Both the position numbers and the translations under genes were made by a program. A DNA stretch of 64,000 nucleotides from Flavobacteriia bacterium (GTDB lineage Bacteria; Bacteroidota; Bacteroidia; Flavobacteriales_D; Crocinitomicaceae), in NCBI GenBank assembly GCA_947455515.1, contig CANGOF010000001.1, positions 5,049 through 69,048 of the forward strand. Direction: 5' to 3'. Of the stretch, positions 39,860-48,997 are shown piece by piece. The notes beneath the pieces were generated by a model. It did not search any database. It saw nothing but the letters and a program-made list of their open reading frames with translations, and was not told the origin of the DNA. Within the stretch, counting starts at the first letter, position 1. Every line of letters starts with the position of its first letter.

Positions 39860-40573
39860 ATGACAAAAAAAGCTATTAATTTAGAGCTTCTACTCTATCC
39901 ATTTTTGTTGATTATTACCTTGTGGGTGATTTATTGGGGAGAATTTAATGCACCTTTTGAATTAACAAGATTAGGTATTTTACCAAGAACTGTAGGTGGA
40001 TTAAGTGGGGTTTTATTTTCTCCATTATTACATTCAACTAATGATATATATCATTTAATTAATAATTCATTTCCAATCTATATATTGAGTGTTGCGTTAC
40101 TTTATTACTATAAAGATATCGCTTTCAAAGTATTTTTTTTGAGTTGGATTTTATCTGGAATACTTACTTGGTCCATCGCTAAAAACGAAGGTTCTTATCA
40201 CATTGGAATAAGTAGTATTATTTATGCTCTAGTGTGTTTTTTATTTTTGAGTGGTGTTTTAAGAAGACAAAAACAACTTCAAGCCGTTTCTTTATTAATC
40301 GTATTTCTCTATGGCAGTTTAGTATGGGGAGTATTTCCAATGGAAGAAAAAATTTCATGGCAGGGACATTTGGGTGGAAGTATAACTGGACTTGTTTTAG
40401 CAGCATATTACTATGAACCTTTGCCGAAAAGCAAATCAATCACACAAGAAATTACTCCATCCTATAATACTCAAAAAAAATTAGACCATTTAAAAGAGCA
40501 ATACACCACTAATAGTAGTAATCCTATTTATTACGACTACGTTAAAACACAAGCAACAGAGGCTAAGAATTAG
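39860..40573 (+). CDS. Rhomboid-family intramembrane serine protease
   Basis: Six TM helices, HLINNSF (H...N), catalytic-Ser helix GISSIIYAL and catalytic-His helix WQGHLGGSITG. Confidence 0.8.
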   Translation: MTKKAINLELLLYPFLLIITLWVIYWGEFNAPFELTRLGILPRTVGGLSGVLFSPLLHSTNDIYHLINNSFPIYILSVALLYYYKDIAFKVFFLSWILSGILTWSIAKNEGSYHIGISSIIYALVCFLFLSGVLRRQKQLQAVSLLIVFLYGSLVWGVFPMEEKISWQGHLGGSITGLVLAAYYYEPLPKSKSITQEITPSYNTQKKLDHLKEQYTTNSSNPIYYDYVKTQATEAKN

Positions 40574-41036
40574 GCTCGAAAAATCGTATAATAGTACCAT
40601 TACCATTCGAAATAAGTTTAGAATTTATAAAAGGAAAATCTATACCTACATAATTTGCTGTTCCTAATCCTACGTATTGATTTGTCAAATAGGATGCTAA
40701 AGCAGAAATCCCTTCATTATGCCCAATCAAAAGGATATCTTTCTCCGTATTTAATTCATTAATAAATTTTAATAACCTATCAGAACTAGTTAGATAAAGT
40801 TCATCTAAATAGACTGCATTAGAAAATAATTCATTTGTAAGTGCAATAGATGAAGTTTCCATTGTTCTTTGACTACTCGAAATATAAATATCTGTATTAA
40901 ACAATTCTATTGTATTAACGAATGTTTGTAGGAGTTTTGCTTCTACCCTTCCCTTTACAGAGAGTGTTCGATCAAAATCTTTACCGGAAGTTGATTTAAT
41001 CATCGCGTTAGCATGTCGAATTAAATGTAAAATCAT
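40563..41036 (-). CDS. Histidine phosphatase superfamily protein (SixA-like)
   Basis: N-terminal LIRHANA (RHG-type motif) and LLIGHNEGIS second-His motif. 157 aa, typical SixA size. Confidence 0.7.
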   Translation of the reverse strand: MILHLIRHANAMIKSTSGKDFDRTLSVKGRVEAKLLQTFVNTIELFNTDIYISSSQRTMETSSIALTNELFSNAVYLDELYLTSSDRLLKFINELNTEKDILLIGHNEGISALASYLTNQYVGLGTANYVGIDFPFINSKLISNGNGTIIRFFEPNS

Positions 41037-41117
41037 AATCTGTTATTATTGTTATCCTTTTAATCAAAAGTACAGAGAACCATTCATAGTTATACGAGTA
41101 TTGCAAAAGTAAAAACG

Positions 41118-41125
41118 TATCTTTG
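41118..41125 (+). promoter_or_regulatory. Bacteroidetes-type -7 promoter box (TATCTTTG) for rnpB
   Basis: Exact TAnnTTTG match ending 5 nt before the 5' strand of the RNase P P1 stem. Confidence 0.5.
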
Positions 41126-41129
41126 TACA

Positions 41130-41494
41130 AAGCAAGCCAAACTATCGCCTGTAGAAATACAGGAGGAAAGTCTGGGCAGTATAGAGCGCCGTACTTCCTA
41201 ACGGGAAGGACTGAGAAATCAGGACAGAAAGTGCCACAGAAAGGAAAACTACCAAAAGCAATTTTGGAAAAGGTGAAAAGGTGAGGTAAGAGCTCACCGT
41301 GTTTTTGGCGACAAAAACTGCAAGGTAAACCTTACGGACTGAAAGACCATGTAAACTGGGGCGTTATGCAAATAACGAATGGTTGCTCGCTAAACTCAGA
41401 GGGTAGGTCGATGGATCTTAAGAGTGATTTTAAGACTAGATAAATGATAGTTATTCGTGAAAACGATACACAGAACCCGGCTTATGGCTTGCTT
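41130..41494 (+). ncRNA. rnpB: RNase P RNA, bacterial type A
   Basis: Universal blocks GGAGGAAAGTCTGGGC, AGTGCCACAGAAA, GGTAAGAGCTCAC and ACAGAACCCGGCTTAT. P1 stem aagcaagcca (41130-41139) pairs with tggcttgctt (41485-41494). Ends are approximate to a few nt. Confidence 0.9.
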
Positions 41495-41520
41495 TTATTT
41501 AAAAACAAAATAACAGAAAC

Positions 41521-41550
41521 AAAAAAAGGTGTCTAATTAGACACCTTTTT
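41521..41550. terminator. Bidirectional rho-independent terminator between rnpB and tRNA-Phe
   Basis: Palindrome ggtgtcta/tagacacc (41528-41545) flanked by A7 (41521-41527) and T5 (41546-41550), so it reads as hairpin plus U-tract on both strands. Confidence 0.7.
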
Positions 41551-41554
41551 ACTG

Positions 41555-41627
41555 TGGGAGCGGAGGGAATCGAACCCCCGACACAAGGATTTTCAGTCCT
41601 TTGCTCTACCGACTGAGCTACGCTCCC
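41555..41627 (-). tRNA. tRNA-Phe (anticodon GAA)
   Basis: Minus strand: GGGAGCG-TA-GCTC-AGTCGGTA-GAGC-A-AAGGA-CTGAAAA-TCCTT-GTGTC-GGGGG-TTCGATT-CCCTC-CGCTCCC-A. Full 73-nt cloverleaf, 7-bp acceptor stem, CCA not encoded. Confidence 0.92.
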
Positions 41628-41701
41628 CCGTTTACTTGAATGCAAATATATAAATAAATTTAAAACAAAATGATATTTCTATGATTTTTTGAAAATAAAA
41701 G

Positions 41702-41709
41702 TAAATTTG
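41702..41709 (+). promoter_or_regulatory. Bacteroidetes-type -7 promoter box (TAAATTTG) upstream of coaX
   Basis: Exact TAnnTTTG match 8 nt upstream of the ATG at 41717. Confidence 0.35.
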
Positions 41710-41716
41710 TATACCT

Positions 41717-42451
41717 ATGAAAGCGAACTTAAAAACAACTTTGGTAATAGATGCTGGTAATACACGCATTAAAGTGGGTGTATTTATTGAGGAACAATTA
41801 AAAGAAATTTTTTATTTTGGAAACCAAGAATGGGGACAATTAAAGACATTTTTATTAGAATATCATTTTGACCAATCCATTCTTTCATCTGTTCGTTCGG
41901 AAAAAGAAACAACATGGTTATTACAAATGATGCCAAATTCTATTTATTTTAAAAATGAAGGAGAACTTCCATTTAGTCATAACTATAGAACTCCAAACAC
42001 ATTAGGAAGTGATCGAATAGCTAACATAATAGGTGCAACTAAACTTTCCAATACAGCGAACTTAATAATTGATATTGGAACCTGCATAAAATTTGATTTA
42101 GTTGATCAAGAACACATTTATCAAGGCGGGTCTATTTCTCCTGGAATAAATTTACGTTATCGATCATTATCTGAATTCACAGGTGCATTACCATTAATCG
42201 AAGATTATACAATCCCTCCTGTTATTGGCACATCTACAAATGAATGTATACAAAGTGGTGTAATGTTAGGAATTCAGAGTGAAATTGATTGTTTCATACA
42301 ACACTATGAAAAGCAATATGAGACAATAACAATTTTTGTTACAGGAGGTGACGCACATTGTTTTGATATCCAAGCAAAAAACGGCATATTTGTAGAGTTA
42401 AATTTAACTTTAATCGGATTATATTATTCATTAGGTACCTATGCTTCTTAA
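41717..42451 (+). CDS. coaX: Type III pantothenate kinase
   Basis: ASKHA-fold motifs LVIDAGNTRIKVG, LGSDR and VTGGDA. 244 aa. Confidence 0.9.
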   Translation: MKANLKTTLVIDAGNTRIKVGVFIEEQLKEIFYFGNQEWGQLKTFLLEYHFDQSILSSVRSEKETTWLLQMMPNSIYFKNEGELPFSHNYRTPNTLGSDRIANIIGATKLSNTANLIIDIGTCIKFDLVDQEHIYQGGSISPGINLRYRSLSEFTGALPLIEDYTIPPVIGTSTNECIQSGVMLGIQSEIDCFIQHYEKQYETITIFVTGGDAHCFDIQAKNGIFVELNLTLIGLYYSLGTYAS

Positions 42452-43775
42452 AATCATACTATTAAGTCTATTTATTTCGCCTTTTATTTTGATTGGACAA
42501 ACGAATACAAACAACCCATTCACATCAAGAGGTTTAGGTGAACTAAATCCATTAAGTCATTCTATATTTGGAGGACTAGGAAATGTAAGTACGCCACTTA
42601 TTGATTCAGCACAATTAAATTCAGAAAATCCATCTTCATATTCTTTTTTAGGAAAAGGTCAACCGATTTTTTCTATTGGATTAACATCCTCTTTTTCTAA
42701 TTTCAAACAAAATTCACTTACAAGCATTGCTAATTTCATCTCATTAAATCACTTTACTTTAGGTATGTCAGTTAGTAATCGCTTCGGAATATGTTTTGGG
42801 TTAAAACCTTATTCGAGCACTGGTTATCAACTAAAAGGAGATCAGATTTCAGGAGTTGATACACTACATTACTCATACAGTGGTAGTGGGGGTTATTCAA
42901 ATGCATATTTTGGATTTTCCTACAAATTACTCCAAATTCATAAACATACTGTTTCTTTAGGTACAAACATTGGTTATATTTTCGGTGTAGCTACAAATGA
43001 AATAGTTACAAGTCTTTCAAGTTCATCCATAGGTGGTATACGAGAGCGTACGCAACAAATTAAATCTGCCAATTTTGATTTTGGTGCCAGTTATCAGTAC
43101 AAAATAAATCGGGATCACGCTTTTGTTTTTGGTGGTACCTATAGTCCATCACAGTTGTATTCAACAGTAAACACCAATTCTTTAATCTATGCATTAAGTA
43201 CAAGTAACGTTTTAGGAAACGATACTTTAAAATACATTAAATCCATAGGGAACATACATTCTCCTTCTATTTATTCCGTAGGATTTAAGTATGATTTCAC
43301 ACAAAATAACAAATCAAATCGAAACTCAGATCGATCACCTCAATTACAGCTAAGTGGAGAGCTGAGAATGGTTGACTGGAAAAGTTATTCAACGACACAA
43401 ACAACCACCGATTTATTGTACAGTACTATTCAATATGGTATAGGATTTCAGTTTGCGCCACATTACGATTTCTTAGACCGTTCCAAAAACATCAATTTAA
43501 TACATCGAATGAAATATCGAGTTGGAGCAGTTTATCAAACGTTACCATGGAAAGATAATAACGTCCAATTAACAAACAAAGCAATTACATTTGGTTTTGG
43601 TATCCCAATTATCAGCCAATTTTCCTCTTCATCCATTAACATTAGTTGTTTATACGGACAAAAATGGAATGGAAATGTGGCTACTTTAAAAGAGAATTAT
43701 TTGACGGTTAACTTTGGAGTTAATATTACACCAGCAAGTTATGAACGATGGTTTAAGAAAAATAAAATTGATTAG
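42441..43775 (+). CDS. Predicted outer-membrane beta-barrel protein, function unknown
   Basis: Signal peptide and a long run of short alternating hydrophobic/polar strands rich in G, S, Y and N. No specific family recognised. Confidence 0.45.
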   Translation: MLLKIILLSLFISPFILIGQTNTNNPFTSRGLGELNPLSHSIFGGLGNVSTPLIDSAQLNSENPSSYSFLGKGQPIFSIGLTSSFSNFKQNSLTSIANFISLNHFTLGMSVSNRFGICFGLKPYSSTGYQLKGDQISGVDTLHYSYSGSGGYSNAYFGFSYKLLQIHKHTVSLGTNIGYIFGVATNEIVTSLSSSSIGGIRERTQQIKSANFDFGASYQYKINRDHAFVFGGTYSPSQLYSTVNTNSLIYALSTSNVLGNDTLKYIKSIGNIHSPSIYSVGFKYDFTQNNKSNRNSDRSPQLQLSGELRMVDWKSYSTTQTTTDLLYSTIQYGIGFQFAPHYDFLDRSKNINLIHRMKYRVGAVYQTLPWKDNNVQLTNKAITFGFGIPIISQFSSSSINISCLYGQKWNGNVATLKENYLTVNFGVNITPASYERWFKKNKID

Positions 43776-43781
43776 TTCTAC

Positions 43782-44327
43782 ATGAAACATTGGGCTTATT
43801 TAATTCTTGGTGCGTTTTTATTTTTTATTTTCATTTCATGTGAAAATGATTTAAGTACAATAAAAAAAGTAAGCTTTAAGCCAACAGATCCTGACGAACG
43901 AACTTCAAATGTACACATGATACAAACGGATAGTGGATTTGCCAAAATTGAATTAAAAGCAAAGCTATCAGAGACGTATTACAAGCCAAAAACAAGAATA
44001 AAATTTAGAAAAGGAATTGAAATCACACTGTACAATCAAGCTGGAAAAGTTGAATCTGTCTTGAGTTCAATGTATGGAGAAATAATACAGGAGACTGGAC
44101 AGATGAAATTTAAAGATTCTGTAAGATTAAGAAATATTAAAGAGAATCAAATATTAGAAACAGAAGAACTTCATTGGAATCAGAATACTCAGGCTGTATT
44201 TACTGATAAATCAGTAATTGTAAAATCAAGTGATGGTAGTCTATTTTATGGAGATGGTATTAAAACTTCTTTAGACTTTAAACAATATGAATTTATCAAA
44301 CCAAAAGGAAAATTTAAAATAGATTAA
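43782..44327 (+). CDS. lptC: LptC-like LPS export periplasmic protein
   Basis: N-terminal anchor/lipobox-like FISC, 181 aa, OstA/LptC-like beta-jellyroll pattern (..MIQTDSGFAKIELKA....; ETEELHWNQNTQAVFTDKSVIV). The position after coaX is common in Flavobacteriia as far as I recall. Confidence 0.55.
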   Translation: MKHWAYLILGAFLFFIFISCENDLSTIKKVSFKPTDPDERTSNVHMIQTDSGFAKIELKAKLSETYYKPKTRIKFRKGIEITLYNQAGKVESVLSSMYGEIIQETGQMKFKDSVRLRNIKENQILETEELHWNQNTQAVFTDKSVIVKSSDGSLFYGDGIKTSLDFKQYEFIKPKGKFKID

Positions 44328-44328
44328 A

Positions 44329-44544
44329 ATGAGTAAATACAATACATTTATGCTATACCTATGGTTAGTAGTGTCTATAGGTTCTGTTCTCGTTGTAACT
44401 ATAATGGGCATACTTGAAGGATTTGAAAGATGGTATTCCTACTATGTGATTTCATTACTTTCTTTTTTCATGTATATTGTTAGAAGATGGATGATGAGAC
44501 GAATGGCAAAACATTTAGAATACTTAAAGAATAATTCAAATTAA
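44329..44544 (+). CDS. Small two-TM membrane protein
   Basis: 71 aa with two hydrophobic helices and a basic C-terminus. It starts 2 nt after the lptC-like stop. Confidence 0.4.
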   Translation: MSKYNTFMLYLWLVVSIGSVLVVTIMGILEGFERWYSYYVISLLSFFMYIVRRWMMRRMAKHLEYLKNNSN

Positions 44545-44547
44545 TAA

Positions 44548-45027
44548 TTGAAAAAAGTAATTGAAATATTTACAGATGGAGCTGCCAAGGGAAACCCTGG
44601 AAATGGTGGATATGGAGTATACTTACGTTTTGGAGATAAGATAAAAGAATTGTCTCAAGGATATCGTTTAACCACGAATAATAGAATGGAATTACTTGCT
44701 GTTGTTGTCGCTTTAGAAAGTTTAAAAACAACGGATTATTTAGTACGTATTACCTCAGATTCTAAATACGTTATAGACTCAATTACGAAAGGATGGGTTT
44801 ACAATTGGATCAAAAAGGGTTTTTTCGGCAAGAAAAATGAAGATTTATGGCGAAGGTATTTAAAAATAGCTTCAAACTTTCAAATTGAATATATATGGGT
44901 TAAAGGTCACAATGGCCATTTTGAAAATGAGCGTTGCGATGCATTGGCGGTTAGAGCTGCAGAGTCGAAACAATTAGAAATCGACGAATATTATGAAAAC
45001 ACAGAAAAAGGGAGTAGTTTATTTTAA
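44548..45027 (+). CDS. rnhA: Ribonuclease HI
   Basis: IFTDGAAKGNPGNGGYG, TNNRMEL, TSDSKYV and WVKGHNGHFENERCDALA give the DEDD catalytic residues in the canonical order. TTG start in the track. Confidence 0.9.
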   Translation: MKKVIEIFTDGAAKGNPGNGGYGVYLRFGDKIKELSQGYRLTTNNRMELLAVVVALESLKTTDYLVRITSDSKYVIDSITKGWVYNWIKKGFFGKKNEDLWRRYLKIASNFQIEYIWVKGHNGHFENERCDALAVRAAESKQLEIDEYYENTEKGSSLF

Positions 45028-45699
45028 TTGATACTCCATTGCTGCTTTGATAAATGTATAGATAATTGGATGAGGAATTTCTCGTGTAGATGAAATTTGA
45101 GGCGAGAAACCACAAGCCAAGAAAAAATCTTTATTTCTTAAACTAAAAATTTCCACTTCTTCCACTTGATTATATGCTTCAATCGTTATAAATTCATCTT
45201 TCAAATAATTTAAAAGCTTAGGGTACAAACTGTAACGAGCAGCAGTCAATTCAATATCATTATGATTTGTATAAAGGTGTATCAATGCTTTCGAATGAGG
45301 GATAATTTGAACTTGTTCAAACATTCTACCTTCAATTAGGTTATCTGAAATTAATTTTTCACCTTTTACGTTCAAATTATTTCTTGCAACTAAAACTTCT
45401 AACAATTTTTTATATCCTTCACCTGTTATAAAAACCGGTATAGATTGTTGAATTAAAAAATCAATAATACCACCTAAAAAGAACTCATTTTTATAGGGTC
45501 CTGGACTTATCCAGATTCCGTCATATTCTTTTATTTGACTGGGAGTAAGTTGGCTGGCTTCGTTTAATTTAATCCAATAATAACTTATCTCAACTTCTAA
45601 AAAATATGCTGCATGATCTAAGGCTAAATTAGTAGCATGATGGGAGTTATAAGTGAAGTTATAATCTCCAATAATTGCTATTTTAATTGTGTGGCTCAT
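45019..45699 (-). CDS. Stand-alone CTP-synthase-type class I glutamine amidotransferase-like domain, catalytic triad not conserved
   Basis: IKIAIIGDY..Y.SH.AT..AL.HA, DGIWISPGP and FFLACGFSPQISSTREIPHPIIYTFIKAA parallel the PyrG GATase domain (kIalVGKY, dGilvPGGFG, fFvg.QfHPEf.S.p...hPlF..Fi.Aa). ITGEG replaces GICLG and SPQ replaces HPE. Confidence 0.5.
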   Translation of the reverse strand: MSHTIKIAIIGDYNFTYNSHHATNLALDHAAYFLEVEISYYWIKLNEASQLTPSQIKEYDGIWISPGPYKNEFFLGGIIDFLIQQSIPVFITGEGYKKLLEVLVARNNLNVKGEKLISDNLIEGRMFEQVQIIPHSKALIHLYTNHNDIELTAARYSLYPKLLNYLKDEFITIEAYNQVEEVEIFSLRNKDFFLACGFSPQISSTREIPHPIIYTFIKAAMEYQLK

Positions 45700-45724
45700 A
45701 CTATTTTAAACTGATAAATCAGTT

Positions 45725-46351
45725 TTATCTCGTAAACCATCCTTTAAAAATTGCATTTTCTACCTCTAACGAATCCTTTTTCTTAGTATCGTTATTGTAG
45801 TGAAATAAATGACAATTAAAAGTAGCTGTAAATTTACAATAGTCTAAATTTATATCTGAATCATAGGAAAGGTTAGAAATTGTGACATTTTGAGGAAAAA
45901 TAGAAGCTGAATCAGACACCCATTCCGTTCCTAAATTATCTTTATAACGAACTTCAAAACCAAATTTACCTCCAGTAGAATATAAAGGATGATCGGTTTT
46001 ATAGGTGTCAAAAAACTTAGTGAAAATTTCATGTGTTGGCTTGTCAAATTGCGTCCAAAATACTCGTCCTAATGCAACCGAAATTTCACCTTTAACCGAA
46101 GATGAAGCAATTTTAGAAATGAAAGTTGAGGAAGATTGTTGACCACTAGTAGTTGTCAATAATTTATCTTGCGATGGGATACAATTATAATCATCCACAT
46201 TTTGCAACCACTTAATATCTGTTCCACCAATTGAACCTTTAAATGAGCAAGCTAAATCTACAGATTTAGATGGTGCTGGAATAATCTCATGTTTAATGCA
46301 ACTAATTAAAAACAAGATAGGTAAAAAATAAAAGAACACATTTTTTTTCAT
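45725..46351 (-). CDS. Hypothetical lipoprotein
   Basis: Signal peptide with lipobox-like LISC. 208 aa, no recognisable domain. Confidence 0.4.
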   Translation of the reverse strand: MKKNVFFYFLPILFLISCIKHEIIPAPSKSVDLACSFKGSIGGTDIKWLQNVDDYNCIPSQDKLLTTTSGQQSSSTFISKIASSSVKGEISVALGRVFWTQFDKPTHEIFTKFFDTYKTDHPLYSTGGKFGFEVRYKDNLGTEWVSDSASIFPQNVTISNLSYDSDINLDYCKFTATFNCHLFHYNNDTKKKDSLEVENAIFKGWFTR

Positions 46352-46477
46352 AAAAAGCTAATTTAAATCTCTCAACAACTGATAATTATTCAAATATATA
46401 AAAAAAAAGTTGAAAGATGAAAGTTTAAAATACTCCTACTCTATCGACAATTGACAAATAAAGAAAATAAAAGCTGT

Positions 46478-46798
46478 TTATGCTCTAATTTGTCGAATTG
46501 GATGAAATTCACTCATTTCAGATAGTGGTAATTTAAATACATTTTCATTGTCATTTGCGAGATAGTAAAGTGATGCGCCATTATCTAAATTTGTAGTTTT
46601 AAAATAGCTAAATAAATCCATTATTTTTGTGATTTTTTGAATTTTATTAATCAATCTATTTAAATCTGAAAAATCAATAATTAACTCATTTACAAATACA
46701 TTCACCCCTTGACTCACAATGCATTTAACTGAAACTTCATCGCTATTTGTTTGAAATTCTATATTTTTTATTTCTATTTTGTCAAATAAATTTACCAT
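46478..46798 (-). CDS. Hypothetical protein
   Basis: Isolated 106-aa ORF with its own flanking intergenic regions. No motif recognised. Confidence 0.35.
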   Translation of the reverse strand: MVNLFDKIEIKNIEFQTNSDEVSVKCIVSQGVNVFVNELIIDFSDLNRLINKIQKITKIMDLFSYFKTTNLDNGASLYYLANDNENVFKLPLSEMSEFHPIRQIRA

Positions 46799-46920
46799 TA
46801 TATTTAGTTTTAATTTTTAATTCTTTTGACAAAGCTAAGACCAGTAGAACGTAAATTAATTACGACCTACTAGAATTTAAAAAAAAATTAAAAAAAAATT
46901 GTCGTTACTATTTAGAGAAG

Positions 46921-46928
46921 TATCTTTG
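46921..46928 (+). promoter_or_regulatory. Bacteroidetes-type -7 promoter box (TATCTTTG)
   Basis: Exact TAnnTTTG match 24 nt upstream of the ATG at 46952. Confidence 0.4.
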
Positions 46929-46951
46929 TTTAGCACTCAAAAAATTAGAAA

Positions 46952-48244
46952 ATGAAATACGATAAAATATCTTCCGAATTATTTATTAAAAACAGATTAA
47001 AGTTTAGTTCAAAAATGAATGGAAAAACTCTTGCTGTTTTCAATTCAAATGATATTTATCCAATTAGTGCAGATAGTACTATACCCTTTCAACAGCATCG
47101 TGATATTTTTTATTTATCGGGTGTTGATCAAGAAGAATCCATATTAGTGATATTCCCGACTTCAGATAATGAATCTCATAGAGAGGTGTTGTTTTTAAAA
47201 GAAACAAGTGAAACAATCGCAATTTGGGAAGGAGAAAAATTATCTAAAGAGCAAGCTTTTGAAGTTTCAGGAATAAAAACTGTTTATTGGTTGAATCAAT
47301 TTGAAACTATATTCAATCAATTGATGGCAGAAGCGGAAGGGATCTACTTCAATACAAACGAGCATTTAAGAGCTGGGAAAGATACCGAAACCAGAGAAGA
47401 ACGTTTTATTAAGAAATGTAAAAATGATTTCCCTGCACATGCAGTTCATAAAAGTGCGCCAATTATACATTCCATTCGATCCGTTAAAGAGAATGAAGAA
47501 ATTGCTTTACTCCAAAAGGCTTGTGACATTACACACAAAGGAATTGATCGATTATTACATTTTATCAAACCAGGAGTTTGGGAGTATGAAATTGAGGCGG
47601 AATTAGCCCATGAATTTTTAATGAATCGTTCGAAAGGCTTTGCTTATACACCAATAATTGCATCGGGAAAAAATGCATGTGTATTACATTATATAGAAAA
47701 TAACAAAAAATGTCTTTCTGGAGATCTTATTTTGTTAGATGTAGGTGCAGAATATGCGAATTATGCATCAGATTTAACGCGTTGTATACCAGTTAACGGT
47801 AAATTTACTGAACGACAAAAAGCGGTTTATAATTCGGTATTACATGTTAAAAATGAAGCACAAAAAATGTTAGTACCTGGAACATTATTAGCCGAATACC
47901 AAAAAGAGGTAGGAAGATTAATGGAAAGTGAATTGATTAAATTAAAATTAATTGATTCAACCGACATCAAAAACCAAGATTCGAATTGGCCTGCATATAA
48001 AAAATACTTTATGCATGGCACAAGTCATTTTTTAGGTTTAGACACCCATGACGTAGGATTATTTAATGAGCCAATTCAAGCAGGGATGGTTTTTACTTGT
48101 GAACCTGGCATATATATTCCTGAAGAAGGGATTGGAATTCGTATAGAAGATGATTTAGTTGTTAGAGAAGATGGTTCTCCATTCAATTTAATGGCGAACA
48201 TTCCAATTGAAGTTGACGAAATTGAAACGATAATGAATGCATAG
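46952..48244 (+). CDS. Xaa-Pro aminopeptidase (M24B)
   Basis: Creatinase-like N-domain and pita-bread domain with metal ligands in LLDVGAEYANYASDLTR, HGTSHFLGLDTHD, EPGIY and IRIEDD. Confidence 0.88.
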   Translation: MKYDKISSELFIKNRLKFSSKMNGKTLAVFNSNDIYPISADSTIPFQQHRDIFYLSGVDQEESILVIFPTSDNESHREVLFLKETSETIAIWEGEKLSKEQAFEVSGIKTVYWLNQFETIFNQLMAEAEGIYFNTNEHLRAGKDTETREERFIKKCKNDFPAHAVHKSAPIIHSIRSVKENEEIALLQKACDITHKGIDRLLHFIKPGVWEYEIEAELAHEFLMNRSKGFAYTPIIASGKNACVLHYIENNKKCLSGDLILLDVGAEYANYASDLTRCIPVNGKFTERQKAVYNSVLHVKNEAQKMLVPGTLLAEYQKEVGRLMESELIKLKLIDSTDIKNQDSNWPAYKKYFMHGTSHFLGLDTHDVGLFNEPIQAGMVFTCEPGIYIPEEGIGIRIEDDLVVREDGSPFNLMANIPIEVDEIETIMNA

Positions 48245-48997
48245 ATGTCGGTTAACCTAACAATTATTGGCGAAGGTAAACCTGTTGTATTTCTGCATGG
48301 ATTTTTGGAATCATCAAGCATGTGGAATTATTTGGATTTTAGCTCCTCTTCTATTCAATGTATATATGTCGATATTCCAGGGCATGGTAATTCAACTGTA
48401 CCCAAATCAAAAGAAAAGAGTATATCCAACCTTGCAAAGTTAATTATCGAAACTCTTCATAAAAATGGAATTCTCCGCTATGATATTGTTGGACATTCTA
48501 TGGGTGGTTATGTCGCTTTGGAAATGGCTAAACAAGTAAGTTTTGAACCTAAAGTTATTTTATTAAATTCTAATTTTTGGGAAGATTCAATAGAGAAAAA
48601 AAACAATAGAAATCGTGTAATATCCATTGTAAATCAAAATAAAGATCTTTTTATAAATGAAGCCATACCAGGATTGTTTTGCAACCCAAAACAACATTAT
48701 AAAGCAATAAAGCATTTAATTGAAGAAGCAAAAAAAATAACTATTGAAGGTATTGAATACGCAACTATTGCTATGCGAGACAGGCCTGATTTAACTAATC
48801 TTGCTTTAAAAATAAATGCTCAACTGGTGTGTTTACAGGGTGAAAAAGATATGATTGTATCGCAAAATGAAATGATACATAAATGTATGGATAAGATACC
48901 TCATGTTATTTTACCAAGTGTAGGACATATGGCACATATCGAGTCGAGCGAAGTAGTTAGAGTAACTATTGAACAAATACTTTTTGAGAAACTTTAA
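48245..48997 (+). CDS. Alpha/beta hydrolase
   Basis: HGF oxyanion region (VVFLHGFLES), nucleophile elbow GHSMGG and C-terminal GHMAHIE. It starts 1 nt after the upstream stop. Confidence 0.8.
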   Translation: MSVNLTIIGEGKPVVFLHGFLESSSMWNYLDFSSSSIQCIYVDIPGHGNSTVPKSKEKSISNLAKLIIETLHKNGILRYDIVGHSMGGYVALEMAKQVSFEPKVILLNSNFWEDSIEKKNNRNRVISIVNQNKDLFINEAIPGLFCNPKQHYKAIKHLIEEAKKITIEGIEYATIAMRDRPDLTNLALKINAQLVCLQGEKDMIVSQNEMIHKCMDKIPHVILPSVGHMAHIESSEVVRVTIEQILFEKL

